This document shows positions 38,484 through 48,816 of a stretch of 64,000 bases of DNA, one piece after another. A model generated the notes under the pieces. The model was given only the letters and a program-made list of their open reading frames with translations, was not told the origin of the DNA and made no database searches. Source of the stretch: a virus; IMG/VR virus record IMGVR_UViG_3300027976_000007, positions 78,111 to 142,110 of that record, one strand, 5' to 3'. Both the position numbers and the translations under genes were made by a program. How positions within the stretch are numbered: the first letter of the stretch is position 1; every line of letters starts with the position of its first letter.

Positions 38484-41400
38484 TCAACCAAATGAATTTT
38501 TCTCTTTTAATATATCAATTAAACCTTGTATATTATTCTTTTGTGTTATAGAGAAATCATTTGGTATTATAAATCCTCCCCCTGTTATATTATTATTACC
38601 TAATACTCCTTGGGGGGGTGTTTGGTATATTATTATTCTATTATCTTTTTCTTCTCTTCTTCTGATAATAATGTTATCTATTTCCCCATTTGCTATGTTT
38701 AAGGTTGAAGGATCAGGAGATACATTTATTTTATTGAATAAGGAAGAAGAATGTATAGTGTTTGTAGGGTTGGTAGGGCTGGAACCTGAATATTGGTATA
38801 GAGATCCTACCCCATCTTCACTTGATACTGAAGTTACTATGAATTCTTGAGTTATATGAGGCTGTTTAGCGCTCCCCCCCATTGGGAGATAAGTAATTTG
38901 TATTTCATCATTCTGTTTTATGATAAAAGGTAAAAGTTGGGTAGAATATCCAGCAATACTAGAAGAAGAAAAATTAAAGGTATGATAATTTTTATAATCC
39001 CCTTTTGAAGTTGAGAGAGATAATGAACTGTTTATAGGAAAACCTAATATATACCCTTCACCTAAAGAATAAGTTGTAGGTTGGTTTAACTCTAATACTG
39101 TATTAATAGAATTGATTAGACCTAATCCTGGACCATAAAAACTACATACTTCTCCTGTGGTGATATTTAATGATTGAGATACTTTTATATTACTTCCCCC
39201 TAATATAAAGCTATTGCTTGAGGTTATTAATAAGGGACCGTAAACTGTATTACCTATGGTATAACTTAATTCAAATCTATAAGTTTCTTGGAAGGATGAA
39301 GTCGTAAAGGACATTGCAGGGCTTGAATTAGGGAAATTATTAGGGGAAGGACCATATAGTCCTGTAGTAGTAGCCCCAATAATGTTATACTGTATTCCCC
39401 CTTGGAAAATTTTAGATTTTTTCTCTTTTAAAGTACTATAATTAATACTACTTGATATGTTAGAATCATATAAAATTAAAGAATCTCTATTTTTCTCAAA
39501 CGCGCTGCTTACTATTTGCAAGAAATCTGAATTCCCTTTTGTTTTTAATGTAGGTGTGTTTATTTTAAAATTTGTAACGTTTATATCTTCTTGTGGTGAT
39601 TCTATTAGGGTATCGATTTCAAAAATATAAGTTCCTTCTAGAGCTAAATTTGAATATGAACTTTTAAAGTGAGCAAAATATCTAGGGTAGGAATTTATAA
39701 CAGATTCATTTCCATAAGAAACATCTCCATCCCAACTTCCACTATCACCATTTATAAAGGAGATTGATGAAGATCGGGGGGTATAATAATTATAATTTAC
39801 ACTTTTAAGCTTAGACCCTAAATATCGAGGTTGGGTGAAGGACTTCTGATGATAGTTACTATCTGGAGTCTCTACTCTAGAGGCTTTATTTTGTTTTATG
39901 AGATTTAGGTTAGAAGGAAGATGCATACCCGATTGATATTCTATAGATTGGATATGTTTACTTTTTCTTATCCCTTCATCATTATTAAGGAGGGCGTTGA
40001 AGTCTGAATTTGAAAATATAAAGTCTGAAGGAAGAATAGGAGAGAAGTTATAAAGCACGTTGGATGTTGTGGTTAAAGAGAAATCTGAAGATCCACTGTT
40101 TATTCTTCCATCAATATTATATTGGAAATATGTATTAGTATCGTCTGTGCTTTCTCCTTGGGATTCTATTAAATTATATTCATTATTTATGATAGATCCA
40201 GATAAGTTATATACCCCTTGAGATTGAGGGGTTCCATTATAATCTAAAGTTATTTGAAAGGTAGGGTTATTTGCTAAAGTATTAATATTATTAATAGTAT
40301 CTCCCCCATTAAGACTTAACCTATTGAATATGAAAGAGGTAGGGATCCATTTAGCTATATCACTCCCTGAATTAAAGTATGTTAGGGGGTACATATTTAC
40401 ACTCGCCGTCCCTATATTATATATATTTTTAATATGGAAATCTCTTTGGGTTTTAAATGATCCTAAATATAAAGTTTTGGAGGCAAAACCACCTGAAGGA
40501 GTAACCAAACTAAAACTTGATCTGAAAAGTCTTCTATCTTTTTGATATTTGAATATTCTGTATTGTTTCGTATTTTGAACCCATAATTTATCATCTGTTG
40601 GGATGCCTAATAAGGAAGATGCTATTTTACCTGAAGAGGGGGTTCCCGGGAGGTAGGGGTCTACATTTCCTGTTTCTAAATCAAAATAAAAATAAGGTGC
40701 TCTTACATTTTGGGGGTATTTCTTTTCATTAGGGTATAAATAATCCCCCCATCCGGGAATTGTAGGGTTATCTCTTCCATCTAGAGTTTCAGGTTTGTTT
40801 TTTGTCCAAAGAGCTATTGAAGCTAAAGAATAAGTAGGGGCGGTGCGTGCTAAATATAAAGATAGTATTACAGCATCTGTTTCTGGTGGGGGATTATTTG
40901 TCATTAATTCTTCTATCTCTAAAGCTGACGTATAATCACTACTCACGTAATAATGGATATCTACTGAATATGAAGGGTAATTTATACTTGAAGTTATTAG
41001 AGTATGATAGAATATAGGTTCACCTTTAAAGGAAGAATATGGGTTATTAAAGAGAGATTGGGTTGTTATAGGAAGTTCAGTTCCTTCATATTCTCCATTA
41101 TAAAATTCTTTTTGTGTATCTTCAATTTTTTCTATTATTCCTATAGGCGTATGTTGGGATGAAGTATAAGATTGATTAAATGAAGGATTATTATAAGGAT
41201 TTAATACCCCCCCAGGGCCTTCAGTAAAGGAATAAATTTCTGTAGGAGGGATTGAGGCTGTTATTTCAATATTTTTAAATGATATAGATTCATTCATCGA
41301 TGAAGACGAATTAGTTGCCACCTTAGTATTTATAGTAAATTGGGTGGGGTGGACTCTATTTCTTTCTAATAAATGTTGTTTAATTATTATACCAGTATTA

Positions 41401-44400
41401 ACTTTAGTTCTGGCGGGGGTATAGGCTTTTATTGAAGAAAATAAGGAATTATCATAATATTTGATAAGACGTATATAGTCCTGTAAATTACCTTTTGAGT
41501 ATTTTTTAAAGTATTCCTTGGCTATTACTCTAAGTTGAGGGTAAAATACTGAACCTGTAGTCATGAATCTAGGATCTCCTAAAGTATCTGATATAAAGTT
41601 ATATCCAAGAGATTGGATAATATCATCATTCACTTCATCTTGAGGGGAGAATCCTACCTCTAACATCGTTGTATCTTCTACATAACTCCTACTTACTTGA
41701 TAATCTTGTTGTATAGAAGTTTCTCTAGATAATAGATTTCCATAATATGGATTATTCTTTATTTGGATTTTATTTGAAATCTTATTATTAACCCCAGAAG
41801 AAGGTTGGTTCATAAAATAAACCTCAACATTAGAAGTACTTAAATCCCCACTAGAAGTTAATTCTGAAGTTAATGAATACCCTGATGTTACTACTCCATC
41901 ATATATGAAAGAGCCTGTAATTAAAGAAGGAACTTCATTATATGTAGAAGGATGTGATGAAGAATAGTATGTAGTACTAACCCCTGAAGGTAAAGTGAAT
42001 TTAGTTTCAAGTTCGTTTCCTAAAGGGGCTCTAAAAGCCAACATATCAAAAGAACTTTCTGGACCTGTAACAGAATTACCTTCTATAGATTCAGGGTTCA
42101 TTACAAAACTATTAAAAGAATTTCCGTTCAGAGGTTTTGTGTAATATCTAAGTTCTTGGAAAGATCCTGTGAATTGTACCCCTGAGACATTTAATATTTT
42201 AGTAGTACCTTTTATTTGAGTACCATCTTTCCCTCCACCTAACAATAAACCTACACCAGCACCAGAAGATGTAGATTCAAACATGGTATTATATAATTGA
42301 GCCCCCGCATCAGAACTACCTGTAATTATGAAACTAGCAGAAGCTTGGAATCCTAAAGAATTTCCATCAGAACCATTATATTGTTTATTTTTAGCATATA
42401 AAGTATAAGTAATATCATTAGCACTACCTTTAGTAGTAGCTCCTTCTCGTTTCAATAATACACTCCACCATCCCTTATCGAAGAAGGGTAAATAAATATC
42501 ATCACTTTCTATAAAATTCCCACTATTATCCCCTAATACAAAATTTAAAGTTCCATATTCACCGTAAGGGTTTGAACCTGTACCTTGATAGTTCCCTAAA
42601 GATTGAGTTGCATAATTTAAAGTTATACCAAAACCACATCCATCAGAAGTTGAAGAATTTAAGTTAGATATTAAAGATTGAGTGAAATGAGATTCATCAG
42701 GAATTCCTAAAGTTTGAAATCTAAAAGCTATAGATGAAGGTACATTTCTTTCCCCTTTAAGGAATGAACTATAAGTTTCTTCCCATGGGGTTATTAAAGT
42801 ATAATATGAAGCATTAGAATTAGTTTTAAAAGCATAACTAAATCTGTTATACCAATCATCATAATCATTGTCATTATCTTTATTCTTACCTCCGAATTCA
42901 TTTATTCTAAGAATAGTATTAGGTATTCCCCAAACGTTTATAAGCTGTCTTAACCCCGAAATTGTACCTTTTTTCTTTATTAAATATGAAAGGTTATGAT
43001 AAAGACGTTTTAAAATTTCTTTATTTATTTTATCTAAAGCGTAAGGAAATGATTGGATTATATTAGGGGTACTTCCACTTACATTTACGGCTATATAATC
43101 ATTTATAAATTCACTCCCCGTGGAGGGGGCATAATATCCATCATTTTCCCCTATTAACCCTATGAAATTATCTGTATTTTTTGATGTGACTGAAGTAAAT
43201 CCTAAACTGTCTATAGCATCTTTTATTAACCCTAAAGGAAGACCTTGGTCTAGATTGTTAGTTGTATTATATCTTTCACTTAAAGCTTTAGTATACATCC
43301 AAACTTCATCAAAATGTTGACCTACCATATTAGAAAATTCTATATATTGGTTATTGTCATCATTGTCTCTTATAAATTCTGGTATTGTATAATATAACCA
43401 GTTTTGGTTTTTATTATCATAAAGAGATGCTGATAAAATATATCCTCCATAATATTGATGGTTTTCTATATCATTTCCCATCCAGGTTAACACTTGGGTA
43501 CTTCCTGTATTTAAAAGAGTATAGGGGTAATTAGACCCAGTTTTAGGATATGAAAATGAAGAACTGTTATAATATTGATAGTATTCAAAATCATCAAAGT
43601 TCTTTATAGTATTTTCTATCCTAGAATAAAAAGAATTTATTGTAGGAGAAGAGGAAGTTGTTGAGGTTAATAGGCTAATTTGATCCTCCCAACCTTGTAT
43701 ATTTGATACTTTTTTATAAAAATTATTTATTCTTGATTTAGCAGAAGAAAAGTTAACAAACTCATTGAAAGTACCATATGAATAATTAGGGGTGATTTTA
43801 ACCCCCTCATCTTTTAATATTTTTAAGAGGTTGAATTTTGAAGCTGAAGAATTGGTTTCCATCAAATCATTTTCTGATTTCAATTCAGTTGATGGGTTCT
43901 GTTTAGCTTTGAAATCAAGGTTTGTGTTTGGGCCTTGTAAATATGTTATATTTTTTCGTTGTGAGGGGTCTGTAGATAGAAATGTAACTTCATAAGCTTT
44001 ACTCTCACCTACTTTTATAACTACATTAAGTTCATCTTTAACATTATAGTTTGAGGGAAGGGGTTGGTATAATTTAACTATAACTTTCCCATCATCTTCA
44101 TTTCCTACATAATCTATATTAATACCTATAGAATAATTATTATCCCCTAAATTAAGATAAAACTCATCAAAATAAGGACTTAAACCTTTTAAAACTTGGG
44201 AACCAGATTGAATATTTTCTAATTCTTCCTTCAGGGTTTTTACTAAAGGAATTATATTCTTTGAATTTATATAATTACTCTTTAAAGATACCTCTGTTCT
44301 ATCCGAAGATATTTCGTTTATATAATATTTTTTGTCTTGAGATGATCCTAATTTATATTTAATGAAATTATAAACCCCATAAAGTTTACCTCTATCGAAT

Positions 44401-44687
44401 CCCAATCTAGATAAATCATAGTCAGGAGATACTATTATAGAATTGGTATTGGTTTTTCCCTTTATGCTAGTATTAGAACCATCAACCGACCAACCTGTAT
44501 ATGAATAGTCTGAGTGTAGGGTTTCTTTGTTAGAATCATAAACATGAAATTCCATAGTATCTTCCCCTGGATCATAAGACCCTTCCAATTCATAGTTCGG
44601 AATTAGGGTTTGATCAATATTATTAAAACCCCCTTTAGATAAAAGATAGGGATTAATAGTATTTATTGAAGAAGAAATATTATTCAT
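38484..44687 (-). CDS. Large baseplate wedge protein (gp7-like region with KKGT..GL plus a LamG-like domain)
   Basis: FSNMVGQHFD, YLIKKKGTISGLRQLINVWGIP, FTGSFQELRYY, IKAYTPART. Lies near gp6. Confidence 0.7.
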   Translation of the reverse strand: MNNISSSINTINPYLLSKGGFNNIDQTLIPNYELEGSYDPGEDTMEFHVYDSNKETLHSDYSYTGWSVDGSNTSIKGKTNTNSIIVSPDYDLSRLGFDRGKLYGVYNFIKYKLGSSQDKKYYINEISSDRTEVSLKSNYINSKNIIPLVKTLKEELENIQSGSQVLKGLSPYFDEFYLNLGDNNYSIGINIDYVGNEDDGKVIVKLYQPLPSNYNVKDELNVVIKVGESKAYEVTFLSTDPSQRKNITYLQGPNTNLDFKAKQNPSTELKSENDLMETNSSASKFNLLKILKDEGVKITPNYSYGTFNEFVNFSSAKSRINNFYKKVSNIQGWEDQISLLTSTTSSSPTINSFYSRIENTIKNFDDFEYYQYYNSSSFSYPKTGSNYPYTLLNTGSTQVLTWMGNDIENHQYYGGYILSASLYDNKNQNWLYYTIPEFIRDNDDNNQYIEFSNMVGQHFDEVWMYTKALSERYNTTNNLDQGLPLGLIKDAIDSLGFTSVTSKNTDNFIGLIGENDGYYAPSTGSEFINDYIAVNVSGSTPNIIQSFPYALDKINKEILKRLYHNLSYLIKKKGTISGLRQLINVWGIPNTILRINEFGGKNKDNDNDYDDWYNRFSYAFKTNSNASYYTLITPWEETYSSFLKGERNVPSSIAFRFQTLGIPDESHFTQSLISNLNSSTSDGCGFGITLNYATQSLGNYQGTGSNPYGEYGTLNFVLGDNSGNFIESDDIYLPFFDKGWWSVLLKREGATTKGSANDITYTLYAKNKQYNGSDGNSLGFQASASFIITGSSDAGAQLYNTMFESTSSGAGVGLLLGGGKDGTQIKGTTKILNVSGVQFTGSFQELRYYTKPLNGNSFNSFVMNPESIEGNSVTGPESSFDMLAFRAPLGNELETKFTLPSGVSTTYYSSSHPSTYNEVPSLITGSFIYDGVVTSGYSLTSELTSSGDLSTSNVEVYFMNQPSSGVNNKISNKIQIKNNPYYGNLLSRETSIQQDYQVSRSYVEDTTMLEVGFSPQDEVNDDIIQSLGYNFISDTLGDPRFMTTGSVFYPQLRVIAKEYFKKYSKGNLQDYIRLIKYYDNSLFSSIKAYTPARTKVNTGIIIKQHLLERNRVHPTQFTINTKVATNSSSSMNESISFKNIEITASIPPTEIYSFTEGPGGVLNPYNNPSFNQSYTSSQHTPIGIIEKIEDTQKEFYNGEYEGTELPITTQSLFNNPYSSFKGEPIFYHTLITSSINYPSYSVDIHYYVSSDYTSALEIEELMTNNPPPETDAVILSLYLARTAPTYSLASIALWTKNKPETLDGRDNPTIPGWGDYLYPNEKKYPQNVRAPYFYFDLETGNVDPYLPGTPSSGKIASSLLGIPTDDKLWVQNTKQYRIFKYQKDRRLFRSSFSLVTPSGGFASKTLYLGSFKTQRDFHIKNIYNIGTASVNMYPLTYFNSGSDIAKWIPTSFIFNRLSLNGGDTINNINTLANNPTFQITLDYNGTPQSQGVYNLSGSIINNEYNLIESQGESTDDTNTYFQYNIDGRINSGSSDFSLTTTSNVLYNFSPILPSDFIFSNSDFNALLNNDEGIRKSKHIQSIEYQSGMHLPSNLNLIKQNKASRVETPDSNYHQKSFTQPRYLGSKLKSVNYNYYTPRSSSISFINGDSGSWDGDVSYGNESVINSYPRYFAHFKSSYSNLALEGTYIFEIDTLIESPQEDINVTNFKINTPTLKTKGNSDFLQIVSSAFEKNRDSLILYDSNISSSINYSTLKEKKSKIFQGGIQYNIIGATTTGLYGPSPNNFPNSSPAMSFTTSSFQETYRFELSYTIGNTVYGPLLITSSNSFILGGSNIKVSQSLNITTGEVCSFYGPGLGLINSINTVLELNQPTTYSLGEGYILGFPINSSLSLSTSKGDYKNYHTFNFSSSSIAGYSTQLLPFIIKQNDEIQITYLPMGGSAKQPHITQEFIVTSVSSEDGVGSLYQYSGSSPTNPTNTIHSSSLFNKINVSPDPSTLNIANGEIDNIIIRRREEKDNRIIIYQTPPQGVLGNNNITGGGFIIPNDFSITQKNNIQGLIDILKEKNSFG

Positions 44688-45045
44688 TGTTTATTATAGT
44701 ATTAGTAAATTCCTCTATTAAGGATGCAGTTTCTTTTCTTAGTTCTAAGTTTTCATTTCTTAAATTATCTATTTCTTCTAAAAGGGCGTTAATTTCATCT
44801 TGGTTTGGGGTGAAATCTATATGTTCAGTACTTTCTTTTACCAAATATTCGTGTGAATTATTATCCCCATATTTAGGGATCTCGAAAAAGAGCTTGTTAT
44901 ATAAGGTAAAAAAGTCCTCTACGTTAGCCAAGTTGACATCGAAAAAATTAGGGTCTTTAACTTCCTTTAACTCTTTAAATGAAGCATCTACTGTCTTATA
45001 GAATTTTGATTTATCAAAAACGTTTCTATTTAATTTTATATCCAT
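44680..45045 (-). CDS. Hypothetical baseplate-module protein with a coiled-coil C-terminus
   Basis: In-operon ORF. Confidence 0.65.
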   Translation of the reverse strand: MDIKLNRNVFDKSKFYKTVDASFKELKEVKDPNFFDVNLANVEDFFTLYNKLFFEIPKYGDNNSHEYLVKESTEHIDFTPNQDEINALLEEIDNLRNENLELRKETASLIEEFTNTIINNE

Positions 45046-45046
45046 A

Positions 45047-46183
45047 TCACTTTTCTATTTTAAATCTAATATCTTCATTAAAAGTTTTTGTTACTCCATC
45101 TAATGTAGTCTTTATCAGTATTGTATATTCTCTATAAGGTTCTAACCCATCCATATAAACATCAAAATAACTAGATACAGGATCTGAGCTTATTTTGGTA
45201 TATAAATTATCAAATTCTACAACAAATTCATTAGTCCCAGTATCTTTTATAGCATACCAAGATGAATTACCTGGTAAGTAATAATTTTGAGAATAGAAAG
45301 AAGAGGTTGAAAAAGTTCTTGTTGGGTATTTTGGAGTTGCAGATACTCTAAATCTAACTATATCTTCCATATAGTATACTTTTTCATTATTATATATAGA
45401 AATAAAGGATTGAGGATCACTTAAAATTGTTTGAGTAGATGAACCAGTATTAAAGGAGTAATCATCCCATCTAAATTCTAGTTCTGGTGGGTAAATAGTA
45501 TGTGTATCTATTGAGAAATAACGCATAATTACGTCATTATTTAAATTGTCTATGAATTCATCACTATCTCGTTGTTTTATTAAGAATCCTTGGTTTAACA
45601 CGCCATCTGAAGGATTAATAGAATTACTATACCATGTTTGGACTGTTGTAGTTACATCTACTTTTATATCTTTCTCATCAGAATAAGAAAAGCTTTGGGT
45701 TTGTACTAAGTTCAACCCTAAATTAGATCCTGTATACCAGTTTCCTCCTCCAGGAAGAGAAGTTTGGAATGAAGAAGTCACATATTCTGGTAAACTTGAA
45801 GTAGGCCATAGAGAGGACCCTTGATAATCTAAATACCTCCAACTAACACCATTAGTTACTTGAGGGGAATCCCCAAATTGACCCGTACCCATACCCCAAT
45901 CCCCCGATATTGGATAGAAATATAGTTTTTTATCTAAATTCAAACCCGTTAATAAGGCCATTTTGTTTTTCAAATAAACAACAGAGGAAGATGAATTGAT
46001 TTTATTATCTATAATACCTACAATCTCCTCCGTTGAAAATTTTATTAAATACCTGCTAACTTGAGGATATGAATCTCCCATATAAGTTGAAGCTTCCAAT
46101 ATAGGATCTAACCCTGAATTAGCATCAGGATATTGGGTGTATAATGTAGCATCCTTTTCAGGAAAGATCTTGTAAATTGCCAT
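45047..46183 (-). CDS. Structural protein with a DNRLRE-like beta-sandwich
   Basis: DATLY...N.G....L...RYLIKF...W..G...DVT..V..W.....NQGFLIK...P.LE pattern. Confidence 0.6.
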   Translation of the reverse strand: MAIYKIFPEKDATLYTQYPDANSGLDPILEASTYMGDSYPQVSRYLIKFSTEEIVGIIDNKINSSSSVVYLKNKMALLTGLNLDKKLYFYPISGDWGMGTGQFGDSPQVTNGVSWRYLDYQGSSLWPTSSLPEYVTSSFQTSLPGGGNWYTGSNLGLNLVQTQSFSYSDEKDIKVDVTTTVQTWYSNSINPSDGVLNQGFLIKQRDSDEFIDNLNNDVIMRYFSIDTHTIYPPELEFRWDDYSFNTGSSTQTILSDPQSFISIYNNEKVYYMEDIVRFRVSATPKYPTRTFSTSSFYSQNYYLPGNSSWYAIKDTGTNEFVVEFDNLYTKISSDPVSSYFDVYMDGLEPYREYTILIKTTLDGVTKTFNEDIRFKIEK

Positions 46184-46199
46184 TTAAATGTTTTATGTT

Positions 46200-48062
46200 T
46201 TAAAAATTAACTATCCTTCCCTTTATATCATTATTAGGAAACTTCACTTCAAATATCATAGGGTCTATTGAAGGGTAAACCACACCATCTATAGCCGCTC
46301 CCTTAATATCATATGCAAAATTACTATAACCTAAAACTTCTTCTGTTAAATTGTGGATTTCAACTAATTTTACAGTTTGAACCCCTTCTACTTTATCTAA
46401 AAGAACATATAAGTCTCTCAATATTATAGGTTCATTTATTTGCCATTTATCTATTTGGAAATGTTCTTGAACTCTGTCTATACATTTAGTAAGTACTTCA
46501 CTATTGTTATAAGATGGGAGGGTAATTATATTAAAATTTATACCTATATTAATAATAAAGGCATCTTTAATTCTAATAGAATCATTTATCATTCTATATT
46601 CTGATAGATATGTTTTTAAGTTGTTTTTAATTAAAGGTGAAGCTATTCTTAAGTTCTTATTATTATCAAAAGTCAGGATATAGAGATCTAGGACAGTAGG
46701 AAGTTCTCCCAACTGGTAGTCTCCTACTTTACTTTGAGCGGTAAAAGCTTTAGCTATAGAACCTAAGTTTGAAGGCATAGATAAAGCCCTAATTAAATAA
46801 TCTGAAGTAGTTACACTTCTTAATTGATTTTGGAAATTTCCTAAAGCCTTAACTTTTAAATCCTCAATGGTATCTCCATCAGACCCCCCATCTGCTGCTA
46901 GGGCATTATTAGATGCTAAAGAATTGAATGTTATGTCAGCTAATGAAGAGTTAGATAAATTAGGATTATTAAAGGTAATATTGCTAGTATCCAACACTGA
47001 TAGAGAACCAGCCTCAACGTTGGAGGTGATTCCTCCCCCTGTAAGATATCTAACAGTTAATGTTATGTTAGAAGGTGATATTCCATAAGTTTTAGTATAC
47101 ATGAAATTCAATGGAGAGAATGCTGTGGTTAATTTGTCTTTCTCAAAAGGAAGTCCTAAACCTACATTATCAGGGTTTGGGGTGATTTCCTCATCACTAT
47201 CCATAAAGGATCCTGCTCCAAATTGGATTTCTAAAGTAGTTGGATTTATAAATCTAGAGGCAAATCTCCTTTGGGTTTGTTTTAGCTGTAATATATAAGG
47301 GGATGATGGATCGGAAGTATATAGAGGATCATTTACGTTTGTATTTCTTATATAATCAAATACACTTTCTTGGGCCAAGTTTGGTACTTCATACCAAGTA
47401 TTTCCTTCACTATCCACAGCATCTAATATTCCTATTATGTTGGAAGCATTTAGGGTCCTACTATCAAATTTAACTGGAGAGTTAAAGGAAAATGTAGTTG
47501 TATTAATAGTAGAAGAAATAGATTTCCTTGTTTTCTTTAATAAGAAAGATGTAGGATCATCTCCTGATATTTCATATATAGTAGTTTCCGTAGGGTCGAA
47601 AGAAGAAGATGAGGAAAAATCTAAAGGATCCTCAATTATAAATTTAATGTTAGAGTTTGAATTTGAAGATATTTGAGTGTTTTGAGGGATAGTAAGACAA
47701 TATGAAAAGTCTGGTACGTAAGAAGAAGCACTTAATATAGAAGGTAATGTTTGGTAAAAGTCTACATCTACAGAAGAGGCTGTAGTAGTTTTCGGTTTAT
47801 ATCCTAAAAATTGAGACATTTGATATACATTTTCTATTTGTCTAGAATGTTGTATAAATGTTTCTTGAATTTGGTTATCTAGGTAAAAAGATAAAACATC
47901 CCCTACATAAGAAGCCATCTCTATAAATAACATCCCCGTTGATGAGGGGGAAAAATCATTATAAGTATCAGAAAAATATGTTTTTGAATACTCTATTAAG
48001 GAATTCTTAAAACTGTTAAAGTCTTTATTTATATATTTTATGTCTTTAGTAGAATTTGCCAT
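46200..48062 (-). CDS. gp6: Baseplate wedge protein (gp6 / J-like)
   Basis: KDFNSFK..LI, YNDFS, SYVGDVLSFY, LGYKP, IQFG.G, GGSDGD, Q.RSVT..DY. Confidence 0.93.
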   Translation of the reverse strand: MANSTKDIKYINKDFNSFKNSLIEYSKTYFSDTYNDFSPSSTGMLFIEMASYVGDVLSFYLDNQIQETFIQHSRQIENVYQMSQFLGYKPKTTTASSVDVDFYQTLPSILSASSYVPDFSYCLTIPQNTQISSNSNSNIKFIIEDPLDFSSSSSFDPTETTIYEISGDDPTSFLLKKTRKSISSTINTTTFSFNSPVKFDSRTLNASNIIGILDAVDSEGNTWYEVPNLAQESVFDYIRNTNVNDPLYTSDPSSPYILQLKQTQRRFASRFINPTTLEIQFGAGSFMDSDEEITPNPDNVGLGLPFEKDKLTTAFSPLNFMYTKTYGISPSNITLTVRYLTGGGITSNVEAGSLSVLDTSNITFNNPNLSNSSLADITFNSLASNNALAADGGSDGDTIEDLKVKALGNFQNQLRSVTTSDYLIRALSMPSNLGSIAKAFTAQSKVGDYQLGELPTVLDLYILTFDNNKNLRIASPLIKNNLKTYLSEYRMINDSIRIKDAFIINIGINFNIITLPSYNNSEVLTKCIDRVQEHFQIDKWQINEPIILRDLYVLLDKVEGVQTVKLVEIHNLTEEVLGYSNFAYDIKGAAIDGVVYPSIDPMIFEVKFPNNDIKGRIVNF

Positions 48063-48063
48063 T

Positions 48064-48471
48064 TTATTTTAAAACGATATTAAATGAATCTTTTACATCC
48101 AACCTAGAGATTTGGTAATCTAATCTAAATTCAATTGTATTAAAATTTGGGGAATTATTAAATGCTATTTTTTCTATTATAACGTCGGGGAAATATCTCC
48201 TTATATCTTCTTGAATTCTTTCCTTTAATTCGTCTGTAGTATAATCTGTTATGTTTTCAAACAGTAAAGTTTTTAAATCAGAACCAAAATTAGGGTTAAA
48301 TACTCTTTCTCTTTTATTAGTTAATAAGTAATTAATCAAATTAGCTTTGGTTTGGTCCTTGGTTTGGTAAGTAGTATTAAAAACGGCATTCCCGTTTAAA
48401 GGGAAGCCAAAACCTATCCCTTTATGTAGAAAAGTATCTATTGGATATTTATTAGGTAAAAGCTGAGCCAT
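48064..48471 (-). CDS. gp25: Baseplate wedge protein (gp25 / W-like)
   Basis: NLINYLLTNKRERVFNPNFGSDL..LLFE. Confidence 0.93.
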   Translation of the reverse strand: MAQLLPNKYPIDTFLHKGIGFGFPLNGNAVFNTTYQTKDQTKANLINYLLTNKRERVFNPNFGSDLKTLLFENITDYTTDELKERIQEDIRRYFPDVIIEKIAFNNSPNFNTIEFRLDYQISRLDVKDSFNIVLK

Positions 48472-48788
48472 TATTTCCCAATAAGTTGTTTAATTACATC
48501 CATACTTACCTCGCCTGAAGGTAAAGTCCCATTTATTATATCCATCCCTCCTAAGGGAGAGAATTGTGGAAGATCCTTAGTAGTTAAAGATATTTCTGTT
48601 TGATCTATCATATCTAGATATAATTTTCTCTTTTCAGATTCAGTTAAGGTTGATTTGCTGATTTCTTTTTTTTCATTAATAGGGGCCTTTCCTTGGGATA
48701 AGGCCTCAATAAGGAAAGTTTTAATTTCCTCTTGAAAAGCTTCTTTAACCGCTTCTTTAATTATTTTTTTAAAAGTTTTTGTTTTCAT
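48471..48788 (-). CDS. Small probable virion protein
   Basis: MKTKTFKKIIKEAVKE start, INE and LTE sites, late motif at 48792-48801. Confidence 0.65.
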   Translation of the reverse strand: MKTKTFKKIIKEAVKEAFQEEIKTFLIEALSQGKAPINEKKEISKSTLTESEKRKLYLDMIDQTEISLTTKDLPQFSPLGGMDIINGTLPSGEVSMDVIKQLIGK

Positions 48789-48816
48789 TTGTTATAAATA
48801 TTAAGTAATTAAATTT